Shown here: positions 40,841 through 54,395 of the stretch, one piece after another
Numbering within the stretch: position 1 is the stretch's first letter
How the letters are laid out: each line of letters begins with the position of its first letter
Source of the DNA: the human T2T-CHM13v2.0 reference genome, Homo sapiens
Length of the DNA: 64,000 bases
Reading direction: 5' to 3'
Assembly (NCBI GenBank): GCA_009914755.4
Contig: CP086569.2
Location: forward strand, 22,784,001-22,848,000
The notes under the pieces: generated by a model
What the model was told of the DNA's origin: nothing
The model's database searches: none
What the model saw: only the letters and a program-made list of their open reading frames with translations
Position numbers and translations under genes: made by a program

Positions 40841-43211
40841 AGATTATGATCATCCCCAGCCTGGCAGGCATCAAAGTACAAGAGAATAGGCCCTTTATAG
40901 GAGGGAGGGGCTTCTTCATGTTGACCTATAAACTCTCCTTCTTTTTCTCCCTCTGATTTAATATGTACCTCAAACCAGAATTCACAGGGTAAGCACTTAG
41001 GGTCATAACATACATATAGCTGATTATTTCCTGGGTCACAGGCTGAATAAGGGGTGATTGGTTTTCTTACATACAACTGAGTTTCTGCTTACACATTCTT
41101 TAATTTCTTTTAATTCCTGTTCCAATCTCACTGATATTCCCATGTTGATCTTTTATCTTTCATCTGTCATTTTTTATTTGTTCATACTTAAAACTGCAGG
41201 TTTAAAGTTTTTGTCTAAAAAGTTTAGGACAGTTTCAGTTTGTGTTTTTACTTCACATTAGCCATAAATTTGTGGGATTTTTTGTGCTTTTATTTTTTAG
41301 AATGCTATATTTAAAATATTATAACATGTTAACTCTGATAGTCAGGTATTCTTTATTTATTCAAGATGTGCCCTTTGTTGTTTAAGGCTTAGCTGGAATT
41401 CCAACAGCGTTTTGACAGAGTGTAATATAAAAATATCAATTTTTAAAATTGGGTCTGTATTAACACTCCCCTTTATCATGTAGGGAGATAGCTTAAAATT
41501 CTGCGTTAGCCTTCACTTTCTTCTCACATTAAAATTATAGCTAATTTTCTGAATTAATGCTTAGAGTTTTGCGCATTTTTGAAAATATCTTCTGTTATGT
41601 TTATGTAACTAAGTTTTTAAATACCTCAGGTTATTTTAATACTTTTGAAAGTCAAGATTTTTTTTGAAATAAAGATCTATTCATCTTTTACTTTATTTTA
41701 CACGTTGTCTATTTTATACATCAACGGTATCCTTTGCTCCCAGGACTTAAATGTTAGTTACCTGTGCTTAACATTTTTAACTATAAATCAGTTCTGCATC
41801 AGACAAAACAGAGATAAGTGTGCCTCATCAATAATTTATGTAACCCCTAAAGGGTAGAACAAACTCAATAAATTAGCACAGACATTATTCTTCACACCTT
41901 CCTAGATCAGAAATCCCAGCCTCACTTTGCGAATGTGGAATTTAACTTTTGAAACGTCATCTGTGCCTGGATGGTTGAATGCAAAGACCGCAAAAAATTT
42001 CCCAGCGGTTTCAACTTGTCTTTCTTGATTAACTCTTTGATTGGTTGATATAAATAATTATTGGTTTCCAAGGTCTAGACAATTTTTTTAATTACTTGTT
42101 ATTTATGAAGCGATAATTGTATTTTCACATGAGTTTATTTATATTTAGAAGATTTATAATTTTACCTGTTACTAACGTTGAGTAAAATAAGTCAATCTAC
42201 TAATTTGGATTCCTGAATATTAGGTGGTAATAGTATAAAGTCGGCTTTGTTTTGCTTTTGCTTTGTTCTTAAGTGAGGTTATCAATTCCATATAAAATAC
42301 ATTAGGCAGGATTCTATATTACCAAGTACGTTTTGGTTGTATATAAAAAACTTATAAAATAATTTGCTTACATGGAGACTGTCAATACCTAAATGAAAGA
42401 ACAAGAGAATAAGCCTGTAATTATGCAGTAGGATCAAAAAGTGTAAAGACTCCTGGCATAAGCCTGCTTATCGTGTTAGGAAAAATGGCAAGATCACCGT
42501 GGCTGAAGCATAGTGTGGAAGGGGAACAATTATTGATGAGCTCATGGAGCTGACACACATTCCTTGTGATTTTCTAGGGTTTTCTATAGATCAATAGATT
42601 TTACTCTAAGCCTGATTCATGACTGGGAGTGGAATTCTTAAGGTTGCTTTTAGCATCTAGTGGTTAGATGCTACAAATGAAGATAAATATTCTAAAATCT
42701 AAGTATTTTAATATCTAGAGTCTCAGGTGCCTATAAAAAATTGATAGCGTTGGACTATATCTTCTGAAAATTGTAAAGAAAGGCGTACATGTAGAACTTT
42801 CTGATATTATATTTTCAAGGTTTCTTAACCCAATCTGTGTTTTTTATAAATCAGAGATGTTAAGAAGCTTTTGAAAAATTTGGTTGTTCAAGTTGAGATA
42901 AATGGGGTGAAGTCAATTATGTTGATTTATGATTAGAAGCTAAACCATAGAGTTTATATTTCTCCCCTTTTCTTTCTCATTACATTTTTATAATTTCTGT
43001 GCAACGCTAATATAGCAAATGAAACTGTAGACAGTCTAAGTTTCTGGGGTCCCAAGAAAGAAAATTCAGTCACTGATGATTGGTGAAGAGCTAAATTTCA
43101 CTACAGCTGGAAGGCATACACAATACACATCAACATATGTATATTGGCACACCACATTATGCATACACATTATGCCTAACGTTTTTATAAGACAGATACT
43201 GAATGTGTCTT

Positions 43212-43235
43212 TTTGTGTGTGTGTGTGTGTGTGTG
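43212..43235. repeat. (TG)n microsatellite between the left TSD and the poly-A of the inverted L1
   Basis: 'tttgtgtgtgtgtgtgtgtgtgtg'. Confidence 0.85.
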
Positions 43236-43245
43236 AACATTTTTC

Positions 43246-44041
43246 TTTTTTTATTATTATACTTTAAGTTTTAGGGTACATGTGCACATTGTGCAGGTTA
43301 GTTACATACGTATACATGTGCCATGCTGGTGCGCTGCACCCACTAACTCGTCATCTAGCGTTAGGTATATCTCCCAATGCTATCCCTCCCCACTCGCCCC
43401 ACCCCTCAACAGCCCCCAGAGTGTGATATTCCCCTTCGTGTGTCCATGTGATCTCATTGTTCAATTCCCACCTATGAGTGAGAATATGCAGTGTTTGGTT
43501 TTTTGTTCTTGTGATAGTTTACTGAGAATGATGATTTCCAATTTCATCCATGTCCCTACAAAGGACATGAACTCATCATTTTTTATGGCTGCATAGTATT
43601 CCATGGTGTATATGTGCCATATGCAGCCAAAAAACACATGAAAAAATGCTCATCATCACTGGCCATCAGAGAAATGCAAATCTAAACCACAATGAGATAC
43701 CATCTCACACCAGTTAGAATGGCAATCATTAAAAAGTCAGGAAACAACAGGTGCTGGAAAGGATGTGGAGAAATAGGAACACTTTTACACTGTTGGTGGG
43801 ACTGTAAACTAGTTCAACCATTGTGGAAGTCAGTGTGGCGATTCCTCAGGGATCTAGAACTGGAAATACCATTTGACCCAGCCATCCCATTACTGGGTAT
43901 ATACCCAAAGGACTATAAATCATGCTGCTATAAAGACACATGTACACGTATGTTTATTGCGGCATTATTCACAATAGCAAAGACTTGGAACCAACCCAAA
44001 TGTCCAACAATGATAGACTGGATTAAGAAAATGAATGTGTC
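43246..44041 (-). mobile_element. short L1 insertion with 5' inversion (twin-priming structure), covering about L1 nt 5285-6030, flanked by 12-bp TSD TGAATGTGTCTT (43200-43211 / 44042-44053)
   Basis: 43246-43620 is antisense L1 from the poly-A tail up to 'ccatggtgtatatgtgccat' (revcomp 'atggcacatatacaccatgg...'). 43621-44041 is SENSE L1 ORF2 ('atgcagccaaaaaacacatgaaaaaatgctcatcatcactggccatcagagaaatgcaaatc...gactggattaagaaaatg', plus-strand ORF 43692-44072 '[22 protein letters not shown]...'). The outer end of the sense-reading block ('...gattaagaaaatg') is contiguous in L1 coordinates with the start of the antisense-reading block ('tggcacatatacacc'). On the element's own (minus) strand this gives 5'-[inverted upstream segment]-[sense 3' segment]-An-3'. 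Confidence 0.8.
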
Positions 44042-44489
44042 TTATGATACAAAAGTTGCTAGAATCTTGTAATAAAGAAGCCAAGCAAATACCAGGTTTT
44101 CAAGAATTATAGTTGGGGCTAGATAATTCTTCTTTTGCAGAAGCTGTTAAACAGAAATAACCGTCAAGTACTCTCTACTGTTTAAGAAAGATATTTGATA
44201 GATGATTTTAAAGTAGACATCCAGGATTCAATATATTTATGCTCTTTCTTGTTTTAAAAGAATCCAAACAAATAAGCACCTGACGTACAGGTTCTCTTCT
44301 TAATGCTAGAGAGTAATCCACAAAGCAAAACCCCTACAGAGACAGACTTTGCTTTCTCCCTGAGATTAAAAGATTGCTGCTCAATACAAAAAAAAAAAAA
44401 GTTATTTAATATATGAAGGAAAAGCTATGCTAGTTAGGCACATTCTTGGGACCAGGCAGACAATGTGAAATCTAGACATTAGCAGACTT

Positions 44490-44700
44490 TAAGTGGTGTA
44501 TGTGGGCTGGCATTATTGATAGAATTCAAGTTATTCCGGGCTAAATTGTATGTAGAGAAATATATTTGTTGGAGTTTTTACTTGGCTCAGTAATTTTTCA
44601 ATGAGTCAGAGATCCAGATATTGGTACATTTTAACTGGTGTAAGTGCATTGGCATTATTTATGGAAATCAAGTTATTCAAATGAAACTTGTAGCTAGGGA
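44490..44700. repeat. diverged about 135-bp direct duplication immediately 5' of L1 #3's truncated 3' end
   Basis: 'ttaagtggtgtatgtgggctggcattattgatagaattcaagttattc' (44500-44548) is matched by 'ttaactggtgtaagtgcattggcattatttatggaaatcaagttattc' (44631-44679). Confidence 0.4.
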
Positions 44701-44711
44701 GGTGTATTTCT

Positions 44712-47700
44712 TAATGTGTGTCATTTTCCTCTTCCTGTGTCCCTGTGTTCTCATCGTTCAGTTCCCACCTATGAGTGAGAATATGTGGTGTTTGGGTATT
44801 TCTCCTTGTGATAGTTTGCTGAGAATGATGGTTTCCAGCTTCATGCATGTCCCTACAAAGGACATGAATTCAACATTTTTTTATGGCTGCATAGTATTCC
44901 ATGTTGTATATGTGCTACATTTTCTTGATCTAGTCTATCACTGTTGGACACTTGGGTTGGTTCCAAGTCTTTGCTATTGTGAACAGTGCCACAATAAACA
45001 TACGTGTGCATGTGTCTTTATAGCAGCATGTTTTGTAATCTTTTGTGTATATACCCAGTAATAGGGATGGCTGGGTCAAATGGTATTTCTAGTTCTAGAT
45101 CCCTGAGGACTTGCCACACTGACATTCACAATGGTTGAACTAGTTCACAGTCCCACCAACAGTGTAAAAGTGTTCCTATTTCTCCACATCCTCTCCAGCA
45201 TCTGTTGTTTCCTGATTTTTAATGATTGCCATTCTAACTAGTGTGAGATGGTATCTCATTGAGGTTTTGATTTACATTTCTCTGATGGCTAGTGATGATG
45301 AGCATTTTTTCATGTGTCTTTTGGCTGCATAAATGTCTTCTTTTAAGAAGTGTCTCTTCATATCCTTAGTCCACTTTTTGATGGGTTTTTTTTTTTTTTT
45401 TCCTTGTAAATTTGTTGGAGTTCATTGTGGCTTCTGGATATTAGCCCTTTGTCAGATAAGTAGATTGCAAAAATTTTCTCCCATTCTGTAGGTTGCCTGC
45501 TCACTCTGATGGTAGTTTCTTTTGCTGTGCAGAAGCTCTTTAGTTTCTTTAGATCCCATTTGTCCATTTTGGCTTTTGTTTTGTTTTGTGTGAATTTGAT
45601 CCTTTCATTATGATATTAGCTGATTATTTTTCTTGTTAGTTGATGCAGTTTCTTTCTAGCCTCAATGGTCTTTACAATTTGGTATGTTTTTGCAGTGGCT
45701 GGTACTGGTTGTTCCTTTCCATGTTTAGTGCTTCCTTCAAGAGCTGTTTTGGGGCAGGCCTGGTGGTGACAAAATCTCTCAGCATTTGCTTCTTTGTAAA
45801 GGATTTTATTTCTCCTTCACTTATGAAGCTTCGTTTGGCTGGATATGAAATTCTGGGTTGAAAATTCATTTCTTTAAGAATGTTGAATATTGGCCCCCAC
45901 TCTCTTCTGGCTTGTAGAGTTTATGCTGAGAGATCAGCTGTTAGTGTGTTGGGCTTCCCTTTGTGGGTAACCCAACCTTTCTCTCTGACTGTCCTTAACA
46001 TTTTTTCCTTGTTTTCAACTTTGGTGAATCTGCCAATTATGTGTCTTGGAGTTGCTCTTCTTGAGGAGTATCTTTGTGGTGTTCTCTGTATTTCCTGAAT
46101 TTGAATATTGGCCTGCCTTGCTAGATTGGGGAAGTTCTCCTGGATAATATCCTGCAGAGTGTTTTCCAACTTGGTTCCATTCTCCCCGTCACTTTCAGGT
46201 ACACAAATCAGATGTAGATTTGGTCTTTTCACATATTCCCATATTTCTTGGAGGCTTTCTTTGTTTCTTTTTATTCCTTTTTCTCTAAACTTCTCTTCTC
46301 CACTTCATTCATTTCATCTTCCATCACTGAGACCCTTTCTTCCAGTTGATCCAGTAGCAGATTCAGTGCAGATCCAGTAGTAGCTGTATCTCATACAGCA
46401 GTGGTCATCCAGCAAATTCCAACTGATCTGCTACTGAGGCTTGTGCATTCATCACATAGTTCTCTTGCCTTGGTTTTCAGTTCCATCAGGTCCTTGAAGG
46501 ACTTCTCTGCATTGGTTATTCTAGTTAGCCATTCGTCTAATTTTTTTGTTAAGGATTTTAACTTCTTTGCCATGGGTTTGAACTTTCTCATTTAGCTTGG
46601 AGTAGTTTGATTGTCTGAAGACTTCTTGTCTCAATTGGCCAAAGTCATTCTCCATTCAGCTTTGTTCCATTGCTGGTGAGGAGCTGCATTCCTTTGGAGG
46701 AGGAGAGGTGCTCTGATTTTTAGAGTTTCCAGTTTTTCTGCTCTGTTTTTTCCCCCATCTTTGTGGTTTTGTCTACCTTTGGTCTTTGATGATGGTGACA
46801 TACAGATGGGGTTTTGGTGTGGATGTCCTTTCTGTTTGTTAGTTTCCCTTCTAACAGTCAGGACCCTCAGCTGCAGGTCAGTTGGAATTTGCTGGATGAC
46901 CACTCCAGACCCTGTTGGCCTGAATATCAGCAGCAGAGGCTGCAGAACAGCGGATATTGGTGAACAGCAAATATTGCTGCCTGATCGTTCCTCTGGAAGT
47001 TTTGTTTCAGAGGAGTACCCTGCTGTATGAGGTGTCAGTCAGCCCCCAGTGGGGGATGTCGCCCAGTTAGGCTACTCGGGGGTCAGGGACCCACTTGAAG
47101 ATGCAGTCTTTCCATTCTCAGATCTCCAGCTGCATGCTGGGAGAACCACTACTCTCTTCAAGCTGTCAGATAGGGACATTTAAGTCAGCAGAGATTTCTG
47201 CTGCCTTTTGTTTGGTTATGCCTTGCCCACAGAGATGGAGTCTACACAGGCAAGCAGGCCTCCTTGAGTTGCGGTGGGCTCCACCCAGTTCGAGGTTCCC
47301 AGCCTCTTTATTTACCTACTCAAGCCTCAGCAATCATGGGTGTCCCTTCCCCAGCCTCGCTGCCCCCTTGGAGTTTAATCTCAGACTGCTGTGCTAGCAA
47401 TGAGTGAGGCTCCTTGGGCATAAGACCCTCTGAGCCAGGCACAGGATGTAATCTTCTGGTATGCCATTTGCTAAGACCATTGGAAAAGTGCAGTATTAGG
47501 GTGGGAGTGACCTGATTTTCCAGGTGCCGTCTGTCACCCCTTTCTTTGACTAGGGAGGGAATTCCCTGACCCTTTGCACTTCCCAGGTGAGGTGATGCCA
47601 CACCCTGCTTTGGGTCATGCTCACTATGCTGCATCCACTGTCCTGCACCCACTTTCCAACACTCCGCAGGGAGATGAACCCGGTACCTCAGTTGGAAATG

Positions 47701-47782
47701 CAGAAATCAGCCATCTTCTGCATCGCTCTTGCTGGGAGCTGTAGACTGGAACTGTTCCTATTTGGCCATCTTGGCTCCACCT
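44712..47782 (-). mobile_element. L1PA-type LINE-1 ('L1 #3'): complete 5' end (5'UTR + ORF1), ORF2 nt about 2200-5100 deleted, 3'-truncated (last about 190 bp and poly-A missing)
   Basis: Antisense L1 throughout. The 3' part is 'cccacctatgagtgagaatatgtggtgtttgggtatttctccttgtgatagtttgctgagaatgatggtttccagcttcatgcatgtccctacaaaggacatgaattcaac...'. A deletion junction at about 45580 joins '...gatcccatttgtccattttggcttttgtt' to 'ttgttttgtgtgaatttgatcctttcattatgatattagctg'. Minus-strand ORFs 45672-45869, 45921-46232 and 46391-46591 are ORF1p pieces, for example 'ICVPESDGENGTKLENTLQDIIQENFPNLARQANIQIQEIQRTPQRYSSRRATPRHIIGRFTKVENKEKML'. The 5' end is '...cagttggaaatgcagaaatcagccatcttctgcatcgctcttgctgggagctgtagactggaactgttcctatttggccatcttggctccacc', the reverse complement of L1 5'UTR nt 1-about 150. 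Confidence 0.9.
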
Positions 47783-47917
47783 AATTTTTATATTTTTAGT
47801 AGAGACGGGTTTTCACCATGTTGGCCAGGATGGTCTCAAGCTCCTGACCAAGTAATCTGCAAGCCTCAGCCTTCTAAAGTGCTAGGATTACAGGCATGAT
47901 CCACCACACATGGCCAG
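47783..47917 (-). mobile_element. Alu left-arm half (reverse complement), beginning exactly at the linker 'taatttttatattttt'
   Basis: 'taatttttatatttttagtagagacgggttttcaccatgttggccaggatggtctcaagctcctgaccaagtaatctgcaagcctcagccttctaaagtgctaggattacaggcatgatccaccacacatggccagg'. Confidence 0.8.
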
Positions 47918-48771
47918 GTTATTTTTTTTTTTGTACTTGTGATAAGCGAAAAGGAAGGATAAGACACACACATATGCTAAGTAGGGCACTCTGTTCACTC
48001 AATTTTTTGCTAATGCCTCCTCATCTGGCTCATGCTGATTATATGCAGAAATTGTTTTGGAAATGTTTTATCATTATTGAAAAAGTAAACTCCTAGGAGT
48101 AGCATTCAGAGTCCAACATTATTCTTCCTTAACAACTGTAGTACCCACTTCACAGTATAACATAGTTACAGTGAGTAACTGAGTAAGCAGGTATTAATTG
48201 CTGAGAACAGTGCCTCATGATGGTGGTGAGGTGGAGTAATCTTTACAAAAAAAAGAGAAAAGAAATTTTTCAGAGCATTTTCTTGAGTAACAGAAGGATT
48301 TTTGCCACCTGATGCTCTTGGGTTTTCCATTATTAGAACTTCATATTCATGAATTTTATTTTTCCAATCTAGCCTTTACCACAGACAGAGGGAACTTCAA
48401 GACAAAAGTGAATTTTCAGTTGTCAACAAGCTAAATTTTAAGGACAATGACTAATTTGACTCACCTTTTAAAGGTAAGTTTCAACATAAGTATCAGTTTT
48501 TATAAGTTGAAGTTGTAGAAAAATTAGTTTTGGTGAAACATATCTATTGGTATTAAAAAAAAGCAGCTACAAATTGGAACATTTTTATTCTGTGATAAAA
48601 CTACAAGTACAGCTGCATCACCTCATTTTCCTATCATGAAACTTTTTATGGTTGTGTCTGTTTACTTTTAAAAATCTCAGCATGACAAATTTCAGAGTTT
48701 GAGCTAAGCTCATAAATACATCATTAACTTATCAGATTTAAAATGAGTGATTTTAGAGAATGTATTTCTTC

Positions 48772-49031
<260 letters not shown>

Positions 49032-49132
49032 ATAAAGGGTATTCAATTAGGAAAAGAGGATGTCAAATTGTCCCTGTCTGTAGACTACATGATTGTATAT
49101 CTAGAAAACCCCACTGTCTCAGCCCAAAATCT

Positions 49133-51516
<2,384 letters not shown>

Positions 51517-54342
51517 CCAGTTAGAATGGTGATCATTAAAAAGTCAGGAAACAACTGGTGCTAGAGAGGATGTGGAGAAATAGGAACAATTTTACACTGT
51601 TGGTGGGACAGTAAATTAGTTCAACCATTGTGGAAGACTGTGTGGCAATTCCTCAAGGATCTAGAACTAGAAATATCATTTGACCCAGCCATCCCTATTA
51701 CTGGGTATATACGCAAAGGATTATAAATCATGCTGCTATGAAGACATATGCACACGTATGTTTATTGCGGCACTATTCACAATAGCAAAGACTTAGAACC
51801 AACCCAGATGTCCATCAATGATAGACTGGATTAAGGAAATGTGGCATATATACACCACGGAATACTATGCAACCATAGAAAAAGATGAGTTCATGTCTTT
51901 GTGGGGATATGGATGAAACTGGAAACCATCATTCTCAGCAAACTATCACAAGGACAAAAAACCAAACACCACATGTTCTCACTCGTAGGTGTGACTTGAA
52001 CAACGAGAACAGTTTGACACAGGAAGGGGACTATCACACAGCAGGTCCTGTCTTGGGGTGTGGGGAGCGGGGAGGGATAGCATTAGTAGACATACCTAAT
52101 GTAAATGATGAGTTAATGGGTGCAACACACCAACATGGCACATGTATACATATGTAACAAACCTGCACATTATGCACATGTACTGTAGAATTTAAGTATA
52201 ATATTTAAAAAAAGTAAAAAAAAATAAGGAATTGGGGAAATAGATTTCGTATTTCAATTTTTGGAAAAGCTGTAACACTGGTTTAACTTAGCACTATACA
52301 AAAACTGGCCATCAGACTTCTCTTGTCTGTCCCACTTTCTTATTCCAGCCTTCTTTAAGATTACCAACTTTCCTTGCTGGAGATGGAGGGAGATGGGAAG
52401 AGAGATGTTGGAGCTTTGCACTTTTGTTCCAGGGCTGAGCAAACATCCAGGATCCTTTCTTTTGGGATCAAAGTGTTTAATCCTCAAATATGAAAGATAA
52501 TTTCTCAAGTTAAGCCACCTCTTTGTTCCCCACAAATATTGAAAATACATCTTCTTCAAAACATTACCAAAACGTCTGGTTAGCAGTTTTTTGGGTGTAT
52601 TCATGGCACTGAGGAACACATAGAATTACTTAAATAGGCAAGGGATTTTGAGAAATTGTGTTTTGCTGATTCCCGAGTAAATCTGCTTTGGAAAGCACTC
52701 AGTGAGACTTGATCTAGAGCCTCTGTCTGCTGGGCACTTTCCTTGGGGCTGAACATACAACAGTGAACCAAACCAAGCCTTTGTCTTCCTGATTTCTAGA
52801 CATTGAGGCAGATGGTCAGCAAGCCATTACCCAGGACTGCAGAAGAAACCGGTTGCAGCTGATGCATAGGTGACATGGCCACAAGAGGGAGTTTCTGACA
52901 GGCAGCCATTTTTCACAGGCCTAAGCAAGGGAATAAAAATAACATGATAGAATAAACGAAATCAACTGAGTAACAAGGTGTTCTACCTCTCAGAGAGAAT
53001 GTACATTATAATATTTGCCTTAAAATTTTTAAGCAGCATAGCGAGTAACATAGTTGTTATTGAGAAATTTTTATATTCATCATTTCACCTCTGCATGGGC
53101 ACAGATGATATGGAAAAGGCTGAAATTTGTTGTCTCTGCTATGAGGTACCCAATAAACATACTTTATTTCTTTGCCTTTGTGTCCAAAGACATTTCTGTA
53201 TTCCACCATACAGGTGCAAAATACACACCAGAGTAGAAAAGTAGTTTGTTCTTCCTATTTATTTCTCAATATAAATGTGCTTAAACAACATTGCTATTTT
53301 GAGAATACTATTCCACATAAGAAAGCAATCTCACTTTAGAGTAACTTTTGTTTCTTCTTTAAACAAGGAGGAAGTTGCATTTCTGTCTGCAGAAATTGTC
53401 CCTTTTTGTATTTTAATTTCATCAGAAGTATTGAGACGAGATGGGTGGTAATGAGAGAAAAAATTGTGTTGCTTCTCTCTTATTCATGAAACTAACTCCC
53501 TGCTGATGACTTTAAAATAAGGAAGAGCAAAAGGGTGCAGAATCCTCCTGTAAGCCTATGAATTTTTCTTGTTATTAGCATTGCTAGCTTTATAAAAAAA
53601 TAAGTTACGTGTCAGAACTTGAAGAGAAAGGTCAGTAAAATTGTTTCTGAGCATGAGATGTAATTAAACATGTGAGATGCAGAGATCTGTGCCAAGATGC
53701 AAAGGGAAGAGACAATTTATTAAAACATGGGCATTCCCTGGATAAAATAGAAGTGGACGAAACAAGTATCTGTAGGTTTTCAAGAAGCAGGTGCAAGATA
53801 TCGTGCAAGTAATGTGCTGGACTGGTTTGGTTACTTGTCCCTTCAGAAATAAGGAGGAGATGACATTTCAGTTAGGTTTTATCATTTCAGTTAGGTCATA
53901 TCAGGCTTTATGACAGCATGGGATTAATACAGGCTGAGGATACAGTAAAGGCAAATGACAAGCAAGGAAGACACAGCCATGGCCAGGCCCCAGTGAGTGG
54001 GTTGAGAGAGATGAAATATTTCTAGTACAAAGCTGGTGGTGTTACAGGAAATCGATATGGAAAGATAAAGGCAGATTATTGGAGCCCATACTACCATGGT
54101 GTTGAATTCTACCAGAGCAGAGACACTGCACAGCAGATACACAGGAAATGCCTCAGGAAATGCCTGGTAGAAATGATCACAAGTTACTAGAAGGTACAGA
54201 CTGACTTCAAGGAGAGTCCTGACTGGGCTGTTTAAGTATTTCAGGGAGATGGTGTGGAAGACCCCTGTTGCAGCTGAAATACAGGGAATATGAATGTGCC
54301 AGCGCTGGTTGCTGGGCAGATGGAGGATGGAAAGAGCATGAC

Positions 54343-54395
54343 AAAAAAAAAAAAAACAAAAAACAAAAAAACAAAACAAAACAAAAAACTAGAAT
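54343..54395. repeat. A-rich simple repeat (A)n/(CAAAA)n
   Basis: 'gacaaaaaaaaaaaaaacaaaaaacaaaaaaacaaaacaaaacaaaaaac'. Confidence 0.6.
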
